Source: Bacteroidota bacterium (GTDB lineage Bacteria; Bacteroidota; Bacteroidia; NS11-12g; UBA9320). From it: 64,000 nt of DNA. The notes under the pieces are model-generated. The model did no database searches, was not told where the DNA came from, and was given only the letters and a program-made list of their open reading frames with translations. Shown one piece after another: positions 17,779 through 26,816 of the stretch. The DNA lies in the NCBI GenBank assembly GCA_947468275.1, contig CANIKO010000013.1, forward strand, positions 43,721 through 107,720. The letters run 5' to 3'. Made by a program: the position numbers and the translations under genes. Positions within the stretch are counted from its first letter, which is position 1. Every line of letters starts with the position of its first letter.

Positions 17779-19728
17779 ATGGGGGCGCAACAAACTAACT
17801 ATCAAAGTATTACCCCCCCCCATTTTCCATTAAACCGTTTTTCTACTTCTAGCAGATTTATTTTATTCTTTCTGCTCTCTATGTTTTGGATTAATAATTC
17901 TTTTGCCGTATTAACAATTTCATCCGATACTGATTGGGATAACAGTGGAACAAAAAATCCCCCTACAGGACTTGGAGGCTATCAAGAAGGAATCGTAATT
18001 AATGCTGGAAAGACATTAACAATTACTAATCGAAACGGTCTTGCCAAACTTGTATTTAATTCAGGTGTCGACATAACTCTTGGAGTTGGTGCTCATTTGA
18101 TAATCGATAATTCGACTTTAACAACATCAGGTACTAATACTTGGGTTGGAATTATAGCTGTAGGAAACTCGTCCTTAGAGCAATTTACCACTTTTCCTGA
18201 TAAAAGCAGCCCGTACACGACAGCTAAGTGGTCAGGCGTATTGAATTCTAGTCAAACACAAGTAATTTTAACAAATAATACTGTAATTAAGAATACAGAA
18301 ATTGGGATAGCATCTACTTTAGGAGCAATTGTAAGAACTAGGGATTCTGAATTTAATAATTGTCAAAAAGGGATTACAATAGATAGTTATTCCTCTTCTT
18401 TACAGCCAAAGATTAATGCTTGTTATATGATGGGAACAAATTTCTTATGGAATACTGTTTTGTCGGGGTTTAACAGTTCTAACTTTGTCGGAATTTCATT
18501 AACTGGAGTTAGCAGTGTAAATATTGGTGGATGTCAATTTAGAAATGATGATACAAATCCTTATTGTGCTTTAGAAAGAGGAACAGGTATTTTAGCATCC
18601 GAATCTGAGTTTGGGGTATCAACCGAAGGAAATAGGCTGCGAGACCCAGGAAATGGTTGCATAGAAAATTGCATGGAGTCATCTCCTCCTGGAACTCCAA
18701 CAACAGGTGCTTCCTGCCAATTTACTAATTTAAAAACGGCTATTAAAAGTGCCGGAAATACATCAACAAGTAATGAGAGACTCGGTATAAGAGATAGTTA
18801 TTTCGACAATAACTTAACGTGCATTGATATTACTTACTCGCAACATAACGTAATTTATAAATGTGATTTTGCTGCGGTAAGAAGCAATTTAAATGGTTTA
18901 TACGTAGATCATGGCACAAATGCTTCATGTCCTTACACATCTAATAAACTAATTGAATTTATAACCACTAACTATGCAAAACAAGTTAGGGTTGTAGAAA
19001 ATGAATTTAACTTTGATGCAAGTCAATGCAATTATATAGCAATTAACAGATCAGGCACCCTTAAATCACTAATTAAAAAGAACAACATATTAAATAGTAA
19101 TTCAGGACTTGGTACAGGTGATAATGTTAGAGGAATAGTTTGCTATTATGAAAATCCAAATCTTTGGATAGAGTGTAATACTTTTCAAAATCTTACAACA
19201 GACTTATATATCTATGATTTTGCAACTACATTACGCGACCAAAATCAATATGACAATGATATACATCATAATAGTAATATTTTCGACGATTACAGTGGTA
19301 AATCAGGTTGTTTTAACCTTATTAATAATGGCACTTTTAATGCACTTGTTTTACCTAGCACTTACACTTGGTTTAAAACTAATGGTGGCTCTTACCCATC
19401 AATAACATTTAGAACAGATGGTATAAGTTGTTCTTCTGATAATTGCAACGAATTAATTGAAGGTAAGGTTAAAAAAATAAGTTCAGAAACTATTTCACTC
19501 TATCCTAATCCTTCTCACAATATAATTTATCTTACCCTTAAAGAAGGGTTAGAAACTAATGCTACAGCTATTTTATTTAACTCAGTAGGACAACAATTAG
19601 ATTTAGTAAAATTGCAATCTAAACAAATTGATATTAGTCAAGTTCCTGATGGAATAATTTATATAAGAATAAAGAATGGTGAAAATATTTACAACCAAAA
19701 ATTTACTAAAATTAGCAAGTTAAAATAA
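17779..19728 (+). CDS. Secreted protein of unknown function with a T9SS type A C-terminal sorting domain
   Basis: It has a signal peptide (SSRFILFFLLSMFWINNSFA) and possible beta-helix repeats. The CTD is ISLYPNPSHNIIYLTL...DGIIYIRIKNGENIYNQKFTKISKLK. Its stop overlaps the next start (TAATG). Confidence 0.6.
   Translation: MGAQQTNYQSITPPHFPLNRFSTSSRFILFFLLSMFWINNSFAVLTISSDTDWDNSGTKNPPTGLGGYQEGIVINAGKTLTITNRNGLAKLVFNSGVDITLGVGAHLIIDNSTLTTSGTNTWVGIIAVGNSSLEQFTTFPDKSSPYTTAKWSGVLNSSQTQVILTNNTVIKNTEIGIASTLGAIVRTRDSEFNNCQKGITIDSYSSSLQPKINACYMMGTNFLWNTVLSGFNSSNFVGISLTGVSSVNIGGCQFRNDDTNPYCALERGTGILASESEFGVSTEGNRLRDPGNGCIENCMESSPPGTPTTGASCQFTNLKTAIKSAGNTSTSNERLGIRDSYFDNNLTCIDITYSQHNVIYKCDFAAVRSNLNGLYVDHGTNASCPYTSNKLIEFITTNYAKQVRVVENEFNFDASQCNYIAINRSGTLKSLIKKNNILNSNSGLGTGDNVRGIVCYYENPNLWIECNTFQNLTTDLYIYDFATTLRDQNQYDNDIHHNSNIFDDYSGKSGCFNLINNGTFNALVLPSTYTWFKTNGGSYPSITFRTDGISCSSDNCNELIEGKVKKISSETISLYPNPSHNIIYLTLKEGLETNATAILFNSVGQQLDLVKLQSKQIDISQVPDGIIYIRIKNGENIYNQKFTKISKLK
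17813..17821 (+). repeat. C9 homopolymer inside codons 12-15 of the 17779 gene
   Basis: I read ACC CCC CCC CAT. It lies between the ATG and the signal-peptide h-region. This is a striking tract in AT-rich DNA. Confidence 0.9.
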
Positions 19729-22598
19729 TGGTTTCGAGAAAAATACTTTCCATTCTTGCAATCTTATGGGTAAATTTTACTTATTCCCAATCTAATAATT
19801 TTTGGAATGTGATTGATTATAATGCAATCACATTCCAAAATAATATACCTGTAGTTACGAATCAATCCTTAAGAGGAACAACTACTGCAAGTATTTGCAA
19901 CAGTAAAGGAAAGGTTGTGCTTTACAGTGATTTTAGTGAAGTTTATGATGGAAACCATATTTTGATAACTAATGGAAATCTGACACCTTATTGTATTATC
20001 GCCTCCTTATTTATTGCCTTAAATGACAGCACTTACTATTTATTACAAAAAAACCAAGAAAATACCGATACTAATGTTAATACCACATGTAGAACAACAG
20101 GTGGTTTATTATACAGCATTATAAGGTTGAAGAATGATAAATTTAGTATAAATGCAAGTGAAAAACAATTAATACTAAAAAGAGGAATAATAGGTAATGA
20201 TAATGTCTGGTCAATAGCGGTTACAAGGAATGAAAAAGGCAAATATTATTTAGCTGAAAGCATCAATGATACAGCATTCATTTTTTCGATTGACACTGCA
20301 ATAATTTTGAAAAGTGTTTTTCCATTAATTAATTTTTTCAGTTTATCCCCTTGTGCTAATTCTGCTGACTGCAAATTATTTCAAAGAACAAAATTAATAT
20401 TTGATCATATAGGAAATAGACTATATGCAACTTTAGATGAAGATTTGAATGCTACTATTCTATTAGGTAAAAAAGTTGATATAGGAATTGGGCGTTCATA
20501 TAAGGTAATTAGATTTGACTTTGATAAAAATTCTGGAATAATAACCAATCCTGTAATTATACTTAAGAACCTTAATTACTTTACTGCGTTCCCAAATATT
20601 AAACTTAATGATGTGTTTGATTGGGTATCGCTTGATCCAAACGCTATATTTAGCATTGATGATAAATTTATGTATATCAATGAATATAAAAATCATCAAA
20701 TACTGAATATAAATGGAAAAGGCTATTCGCAAAAAGACACTTCAGTTTTAATCCAGGTAGATGTGGATAACGGGAATCGTATAAATATAAGTTTGAGTAA
20801 TAAATCATTGCCACCAAAGCTCTTAAAACAGGCACCTGATGGTAGAATTTTTAATTATTATATTGAAAAAATATCTGGTATTCTTTACTTTAGGTCTGAT
20901 GTAATACAATTGCCAGAAAAAAATGGATTAGCATGTTTATACCAACAGAATGTTGATAAATTGCCATTATTAAAACCAATAAACTTTAATGTTTATCAAA
21001 CTTCCTATCACCTCCATGATTATTTGAGATTAGATTTTAAAGTTACTTACGATTGCAAAGCCAACATCCAATTTGTAAATAATTCATTTAGTGAAGCACA
21101 ATTTAGTGATTACACTTGGTACATTAATAAACTGAACGGTAAAACCGATACGCTGTATGGTAATGCTCCAAGTATAACAATTGGAAAAAGCGGCAAATAT
21201 CCTTACAAGGTTTTTGGCCACAGCCCTTCAAAACACTATGGCGAGTGGTTTTATGATACTCTTTACATTGATATTCCTGAAAAACCGGTAGCTAATTTTA
21301 ACACAAAAGACTCCATTGTTTGCAGGTATTTGCCAGTTCATTTTAATAATTTAAGTCATACTAAAGATATCAATCCTAATTCAACTGTTAAATACGTGTG
21401 GACATTTGGTGATGGCGGTCCTTCATCCAATGTTTTTGAACCATCACACACCTTTACCCAACCCGGATATTATACCGTAAGTTTGTTTTACAGCAATGGT
21501 TATTGTGATAGCACTCTGGTAAAAAACCAATACATCCATGTGGTAGATGCTCCCAAACCGGGCTTTACCGTGGCCAAAAGGCAGGGATGTTCGCCATTTA
21601 CAGCACAGTTCATTGATACTGTTAGTTTAAACATTACTAAAAAAGAGTACTTATTTACCGATTCATTATTATGGAAGCCTATAAGCAGCCCTAAGTTCAA
21701 CTATACTTTTGCCAAACCAGGCCATTACTGGGCGGTGCAGAAACTTTACGGCTACACAGGATGTATAATAAGGACAGATTCTGTTCAGGTTTTTGTAAGC
21801 AAAGGATTATTGACAAGCGACAGCATTAGGATAGTTTCCGCTTCATATAATTTGGATAATATCCTGCGTTTAGATTGGCAGCCCAATATGGCGGCTACTA
21901 ATTATCAGGTGTATAAATCGGTGAACGGAACCACATTTTTACCCCTTGTTCAAACAAAAGACACCTTTAGTTTTGATAAATCAATACCTTCAAACGTGAT
22001 ATATTATAAGGTAAAGGGTATTGACAGTTGCGGCTCGTTTTCATCCTCCTATAATATAGTATCCCCAGCCTTTATTTCGGGTAATACTGTAAATGGAAAT
22101 GAAGCGGCACAAATTAATCACTACTTGCAACAGGGATTGGGAATACCTTTAAAAATCGAATTATTAGGCAGTTTTGATACAAAGTCTCAGTTTAACCTGA
22201 CTAAGTTCAATCCTGCCAATCCTTTTAATGACAATGATTTTGCCCGACAAGATTACCTGAGAAAATGCTACCGTCTTTCATCCTCTTTTGCGGCACTAGA
22301 AATGTACAGCAATACTTTTTGCATGGATTATGTGCCAGTGGTTTATATCCCTAACTCGTTTACTCCTGATGGCAATGGCTTGAATGACAAATTTGGCCCT
22401 TTAGCATATGGTATAGAATCTTATACAATAACTATTTATAACAACTGGGGTGAAATATTATACACAGGTTCCAAACCTTGGGATGGCAGATATAAAGAAG
22501 AAGTAGTAATGGATGGAGTATATTTTTATCAGGTATCCTTAATTGAAAACAGCCACAATTTAATTTACAAAAAAGGGATAATTCATGTATTGAAATAA
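19728..22598 (+). CDS. Large PKD-domain surface protein with a T9SS type B (gliding-motility-associated, CHU_C/TIGR04131-like) C-terminal domain
   Basis: It has a PKD-like segment (VKYVWTFGDGGPSSNVFEPSHTFTQPGYYTVSL) and an Fn3-like segment. The C-terminus is VYIPNSFTPDGNGLNDKFGP...IYNNWGEILY...WDGRYKEEVVMDGVYFYQV...GIIHVLK. Confidence 0.75.
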   Translation: MVSRKILSILAILWVNFTYSQSNNFWNVIDYNAITFQNNIPVVTNQSLRGTTTASICNSKGKVVLYSDFSEVYDGNHILITNGNLTPYCIIASLFIALNDSTYYLLQKNQENTDTNVNTTCRTTGGLLYSIIRLKNDKFSINASEKQLILKRGIIGNDNVWSIAVTRNEKGKYYLAESINDTAFIFSIDTAIILKSVFPLINFFSLSPCANSADCKLFQRTKLIFDHIGNRLYATLDEDLNATILLGKKVDIGIGRSYKVIRFDFDKNSGIITNPVIILKNLNYFTAFPNIKLNDVFDWVSLDPNAIFSIDDKFMYINEYKNHQILNINGKGYSQKDTSVLIQVDVDNGNRINISLSNKSLPPKLLKQAPDGRIFNYYIEKISGILYFRSDVIQLPEKNGLACLYQQNVDKLPLLKPINFNVYQTSYHLHDYLRLDFKVTYDCKANIQFVNNSFSEAQFSDYTWYINKLNGKTDTLYGNAPSITIGKSGKYPYKVFGHSPSKHYGEWFYDTLYIDIPEKPVANFNTKDSIVCRYLPVHFNNLSHTKDINPNSTVKYVWTFGDGGPSSNVFEPSHTFTQPGYYTVSLFYSNGYCDSTLVKNQYIHVVDAPKPGFTVAKRQGCSPFTAQFIDTVSLNITKKEYLFTDSLLWKPISSPKFNYTFAKPGHYWAVQKLYGYTGCIIRTDSVQVFVSKGLLTSDSIRIVSASYNLDNILRLDWQPNMAATNYQVYKSVNGTTFLPLVQTKDTFSFDKSIPSNVIYYKVKGIDSCGSFSSSYNIVSPAFISGNTVNGNEAAQINHYLQQGLGIPLKIELLGSFDTKSQFNLTKFNPANPFNDNDFARQDYLRKCYRLSSSFAALEMYSNTFCMDYVPVVYIPNSFTPDGNGLNDKFGPLAYGIESYTITIYNNWGEILYTGSKPWDGRYKEEVVMDGVYFYQVSLIENSHNLIYKKGIIHVLK

Positions 22599-22609
22599 TC
22601 CTTAAATTT

Positions 22610-23242
22610 CTACCAAAGATGCTCCGTAGAATTTTCAATAGTTATTTCAAACCTTCCATTACCACGGTGCTCCAAAACGTAAAGGCATAAATTGGTATGA
22701 TAAAATTCTTCCATTTTGCTTAATGGCCTGTTCAATAAAAGGCATAAAAAACTTCGGATAGCACGGCCGTGCATACATACCAATATTGTATTTTCATTGT
22801 CGGCAGCCATTATTTTTTCAAGCGCCAATTTTTGACGATTATACATTTGCATGGGCGTTTCACCATTCTCAATTGCTTTGTCCAAATATCCGGCTTTCCA
22901 GTCTTCAATCATTTGATGATAGTGCAATTGATTGAGGCTATTGGGAATAGCACCTTCCATTATTCCCCAATTTATTTCGTTCAATCCTCCTAATTTTTCA
23001 TAAACAAATTTATCTTCAATAAACGGAGCAACACTTTGATAAGTTCTATTTAACTCTGAAATATAAATTTTATCAAACGGAATATGTTTGTAAGCCATAT
23101 AAAACAAGCGGGCCTGATGCCGACCTTTGTCATTCAAATCTGAATTTATTCCACTTCCCTGAATAATTCCTCGTTTATTATATTCAGTTTCGCCATGTCG
23201 TATCAAGTAAATTGTTTTTTTTGTAGTTAAATTAGATGGCAT
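22610..23242 (-). CDS. Histidine phosphatase (phosphoglycerate mutase) family protein
   Basis: It has the RHG motif IYLIRHGETEYN and a downstream catalytic His context (VCMHGRAIR). Confidence 0.8.
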   Translation of the reverse strand: MPSNLTTKKTIYLIRHGETEYNKRGIIQGSGINSDLNDKGRHQARLFYMAYKHIPFDKIYISELNRTYQSVAPFIEDKFVYEKLGGLNEINWGIMEGAIPNSLNQLHYHQMIEDWKAGYLDKAIENGETPMQMYNRQKLALEKIMAADNENTILVCMHGRAIRSFLCLLLNRPLSKMEEFYHTNLCLYVLEHRGNGRFEITIENSTEHLW

Positions 23243-23666
23243 GTTTTACAATCACAAAAATATAACACTTGAGGCATTAAATAAGCAGATTCAAAATACT
23301 CTTGCTTCACATTTAGGAATGGAAGTTACCGAAATCGGAAATCATTATTTAATAATGAAAATGCCTGTAGATTACAGAACAATTCAGCCTTCGGGGCAAT
23401 TGGATGGAGGAGCGAGTATGGCTCTGGCTGAGGCTGCAGGAAGCTTGGCCGCTAATATTTCGGTAAGTGAGGATAAAGTATGTTTAGGATTAGACATTAA
23501 TGGAAATCATATTAAATCTGCCAATTCAGGATATGTTTATGGTAAAGCCATTCCTTTGCATATCGGCAATAGAACTCACGTTTGGGAAATAAAAATAACA
23601 GATGAAAATGAAAAACTGATTTGTATTTCACGATTAACGATGGCTGTAATTGATAAAACTAAGTAA
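23241..23666 (+). CDS. Hotdog-fold PaaI/YdiI-type thioesterase. Given its position before menF, it is possibly 1,4-dihydroxy-2-naphthoyl-CoA hydrolase.
   Basis: 141 aa. It has LGMEVTEI...MKMPVD...QPSGQLDGGASMALAE, typical of PaaI-type thioesterases. It sits immediately upstream of isochorismate synthase. Confidence 0.7.
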   Translation: MFYNHKNITLEALNKQIQNTLASHLGMEVTEIGNHYLIMKMPVDYRTIQPSGQLDGGASMALAEAAGSLAANISVSEDKVCLGLDINGNHIKSANSGYVYGKAIPLHIGNRTHVWEIKITDENEKLICISRLTMAVIDKTK

Positions 23667-23669
23667 ATA

Positions 23670-24656
23670 ATGACAAATTCTCTTTTTATATATTGGAAAC
23701 TTCCCGGCAAAAAGGAAATTTTTACTATAGCAAATCCACAAATAAGTAATATTTCAGAAACGGATTTATCAGATGAAGGATTTATTTTTCTCCCCTATAA
23801 TAAAAACAAATTGGGCTATTTAATAAAAGGTAAAATAAATGCAACTATTGATATTAAATTTCCTGAGTTCTTAAAAAATGAAACACAGTTAAATTTTCAG
23901 GATAATCATGGCCATTATGTTTCCATAGTTACCAATGCCATCGATAAAATCAAGAACGAAGACTTTAAAAAAGTGGTTTTAGCTCATTCAAGTATTCAAC
24001 AATTACCCAATAATTTTGACCTCAAATTATTTTTTGAAAAGATTTGTAATAACTATCCAAATGCCTTTGTTTACTGCTTATCTATTGAAAATGAAATTTG
24101 GATAGGCGCTACTCCTGAGGTATTTCTTAAAAAAGAAAACGATTTATTTTTGACGTATGCCCTTGCTGGAACCAAACAATTAAATGAAGGAATAAAATTC
24201 AGCATTAAGGAACAAGAAGAGCAAAGTCTTGTAAAAAATTATATAGTTGACAAGCTAATCCATTTAAAAGCAACAAATATTAATATTTCTAAAGTAAGAG
24301 AATTTAATACAGGGAATCTCAAACATTTAATCAATGAAATACAATTTAATTGCACAAAACCCATTGAAATAATTAATGAGATGCATCCAACACCAGCTGT
24401 TTGTGGTGCACCTTTAGAGCCAGCCTCTATTTTTATTAATCAAAATGAAAATCTAGATAGAGAATTTTATTCAGGATTTTTAGGCCCCATCTATAAAAAC
24501 AAAAATTTTTCTTTTTGGGTAAATCTACGATGTGCTAAAATCAATAATGATTTAATAAAATTTTATGCTGGTGCGGGTATTACTGAAAATAGCCTAGCCG
24601 AATCTGAATGGCAGGAAACTGAAAAGAAAATAGATACGCTTAGATCTTTATTATAA
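23670..24656 (+). CDS. menF: Isochorismate synthase (short chorismate-binding enzyme)
   Basis: The C-terminal chorismate-binding signature is present: HPTPAVCG.P, REFYSGFLGP, WVNLRCA, AGAGI...S..E.EW.ET..K. Confidence 0.8.
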   Translation: MTNSLFIYWKLPGKKEIFTIANPQISNISETDLSDEGFIFLPYNKNKLGYLIKGKINATIDIKFPEFLKNETQLNFQDNHGHYVSIVTNAIDKIKNEDFKKVVLAHSSIQQLPNNFDLKLFFEKICNNYPNAFVYCLSIENEIWIGATPEVFLKKENDLFLTYALAGTKQLNEGIKFSIKEQEEQSLVKNYIVDKLIHLKATNINISKVREFNTGNLKHLINEIQFNCTKPIEIINEMHPTPAVCGAPLEPASIFINQNENLDREFYSGFLGPIYKNKNFSFWVNLRCAKINNDLIKFYAGAGITENSLAESEWQETEKKIDTLRSLL

Positions 24657-25043
24657 ATTGTTTCTAATCAATTCGGCAGTCGCCTTCAGTTCGTCATTGG
24701 TTGGTTTCATTTTTTCCTTCGAAAAATCAATATCAGAAACGGTAGTGATTGGAATTAAATGAATATGTGCATGAGGTACCTCTAGACCGATAACCACGAC
24801 ACCAATTTTTTTACAATCCACCGCTAATTTTATTCCTTTGGCAACTTTTTGTGCAAATAAATTTAGGGCGGAATAATCCTCAGGAGCCAAATCAAAAATA
24901 TAATCAATAGGTTGTTTAGGTATTACTAATACATGTCCATGTTTTAATGGGCTAATATCTAAAAAAGCTAAATGATTTGAATCTTCCGCCACCTTGTGAC
25001 ATGGTATTTCTCCACTAATTATTTTACTAAAGATACTTGCCAT
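24651..25043 (-). CDS. HIT (histidine triad) family protein
   Basis: It has an N-terminal FSKII.GEIP and the histidine triad HAHIHLIP. Its stop overlaps the menF stop by 6 nt (TTATAA). Confidence 0.85.
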   Translation of the reverse strand: MASIFSKIISGEIPCHKVAEDSNHLAFLDISPLKHGHVLVIPKQPIDYIFDLAPEDYSALNLFAQKVAKGIKLAVDCKKIGVVVIGLEVPHAHIHLIPITTVSDIDFSKEKMKPTNDELKATAELIRNNL

Positions 25044-25076
25044 TATTATAATTTAAGACAATATTACTGATAAACT

Positions 25077-25550
25077 TTAAACTACCGAAATATCAAGTAT
25101 TTCAAAATTTATGATGCCGGCAGGCACCAAAACTTCAACATGGTCTCCTATTTTTTTACCCATGAGCCCCATTGCTATTGGAGACTTAACAGAAATTTTA
25201 CCTAATTTAAGATCTGCTTCTTTTTCTGATACAATAATATAATTAACGCTTGAATTTGTTTTTTTATTTAAAACAGTAACCTTGGTCAATATTCCAACTT
25301 TGCTTATATCTACTTTGGTTTCGTCTAATATTCGGCTATCTCCTAAAATATTTTTCAGTTTGGCTATTTTCATTTCCAACATCCCCTGCGCCTCTTTTGC
25401 AGCATCATATTCCGCATTTTCAGAAAGGTCACCTTTTTCCTTTGCTTCAGCTATTTGCCCACTAATACGACGTCTTTCTACCTTTTCTAATTGTTCAATT
25501 TCCTTCACTAAAGCATCGTATCCATCCTTGGTCATGTAATTTATAGCCAT
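25077..25550 (-). CDS. greA: Transcription elongation factor GreA
   Basis: I re-set the start to MAINYMTKDGYDAL (157 aa). It has GreA coiled-coil and C-terminal motifs (GDLSENAEYDAAKEAQ; SPIAMGLMGKKIGD). The 24 upstream residues of the track ORF look non-coding. Confidence 0.9.
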   Translation of the reverse strand: MAINYMTKDGYDALVKEIEQLEKVERRRISGQIAEAKEKGDLSENAEYDAAKEAQGMLEMKIAKLKNILGDSRILDETKVDISKVGILTKVTVLNKKTNSSVNYIIVSEKEADLKLGKISVKSPIAMGLMGKKIGDHVEVLVPAGIINFEILDISVV

Positions 25551-25574
25551 AATATTATTTTTTTTAAATGTGAT

Positions 25575-25615
25575 ATAAAAATAAAGTTGCACCAACCGTA
25601 TTCGGCTGATGCAAC
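25575..25615 (-). terminator. Hairpin plus T-tract between the PorV-like gene and greA (minus strand GTTGCA-TCAG-CCG-AATA-CGG-TTGG-TGCAAC TTTATTTTTAT)
   Basis: The stems are read from the sequence. It is either the terminator of the upstream three-gene operon, a leader attenuator of greA, or both (see findings). Confidence 0.45.
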
Positions 25616-25619
25616 GGTA

Positions 25620-25627
25620 CAAATATA
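25620..25627 (-). promoter_or_regulatory. Candidate -7 box TATATTTG upstream of the hairpin and greA
   Basis: The plus strand reads caaatata, which is TATATTTG on the minus strand. It lies 70 nt upstream of the greA ATG. Confidence 0.3.
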
Positions 25628-25669
25628 ATTTCTTTGTTTTTTAAGTCCTAACTTTAGTAATACTAAAAA

Positions 25670-26746
25670 TTATTCACTCTGATTTCCTAAAGACATTTTT
25701 AAACCAATAGAATGAGTACCAGAAAAAGGACGGGTATCGCGATATGAATAGTCCAAGGCAAATCGATTGCCATCTTTTCCGTACGGCAACTCGAAGGTGA
25801 CCCCTCCCATCAAACCTGTACTTGCGGTACGACGTGTATCATAACTCATAATACCTTTTTCATAAGCATAACCCATACGAACCATAAACATTTTTTTGTA
25901 GGTATATTCAGCACCAAAAGTGGTTTGATTTAATGAAAATGCATTATAAGTAAAATTGGCAGCTAGTGTTAAGGTATGAAAATTGGTTTCATCATTTTTA
26001 TCAAGCTTGATATCATGTGCACCACCAATATTCATTAATGCGGGGATATTATACTTGGCTACCCGTTGATTCACAGTAGCCTCTTGGTTGTCTTTCGGAT
26101 TAAGCCTTTTTATAGAAATACCATCTCCAGAATATTTCACATCCGGACCAATATTTTTAATGGAAACTCCAAAATGGGTATCATCTGCGGTTTTCCAACT
26201 TGTTTTATATTGAATACCTGCATCAATAGCAACTCCTTGGGCTTTTAGATTAGAAGAATTTTCAGAAAAAACCCTTAATAAAACACCACCTGTGATTCGT
26301 TCAGTAAATTTTCGTCCATATCCTAAACCAATATTCGTTAAACGTGGTGAAAAATTACCAAGTCCTCCATTCGGTTGCTGAACGGTGGTAATAGGGATAT
26401 CACCTAAATCAATTGAACTAATGGAAAGTCCGATGGCGTTATCATTCCCAAGATTTTGAGCAAAACCAAAATTACTGATATTAACACCTGAACCTGATAA
26501 CCAACTTGTTCTGGCAAAGGCAATATCTGTTTTAGGGGTATTTACCAGTCCTCCAATATTCATGTACATAGACTCTATTCCCTTTATACTACTTTGGGAG
26601 GCCCAACCTAAACCTGATGAACGAGCCCACCCATTTATAACAAGTTGATTCGCGCTTGCCTGACCACCTCTGTCAGGATTTCCAGCGAAGGCTGAAACAC
26701 TTATTAATCCAAGGGCTATTATATTTACAATTCTTAATTTACTCAT
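25670..26746 (-). CDS. PorV/PorQ-family-like (FadL-type) outer-membrane beta-barrel protein
   Basis: I re-set the start to MSKLRIVNIIALGLISVSAFA (signal peptide). The N-terminal pattern is GGQASANQLVINGWARSSGLGWA...NIGGL. The protein has alternating beta-strand character and ends ...HSIGLKMSLGNQSE. It diverges from the canonical PorV motif (…PDARAxGMGD…NPA…), so it looks more like a paralogue. Confidence 0.5.
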   Translation of the reverse strand: MSKLRIVNIIALGLISVSAFAGNPDRGGQASANQLVINGWARSSGLGWASQSSIKGIESMYMNIGGLVNTPKTDIAFARTSWLSGSGVNISNFGFAQNLGNDNAIGLSISSIDLGDIPITTVQQPNGGLGNFSPRLTNIGLGYGRKFTERITGGVLLRVFSENSSNLKAQGVAIDAGIQYKTSWKTADDTHFGVSIKNIGPDVKYSGDGISIKRLNPKDNQEATVNQRVAKYNIPALMNIGGAHDIKLDKNDETNFHTLTLAANFTYNAFSLNQTTFGAEYTYKKMFMVRMGYAYEKGIMSYDTRRTASTGLMGGVTFELPYGKDGNRFALDYSYRDTRPFSGTHSIGLKMSLGNQSE

Positions 26747-26816
26747 TATTATATTTTTAAAACTTTTGAATTCGTGAGTTTTTGGTTTCATTTTTTTAAA
26801 TATTACAATTGTATTT

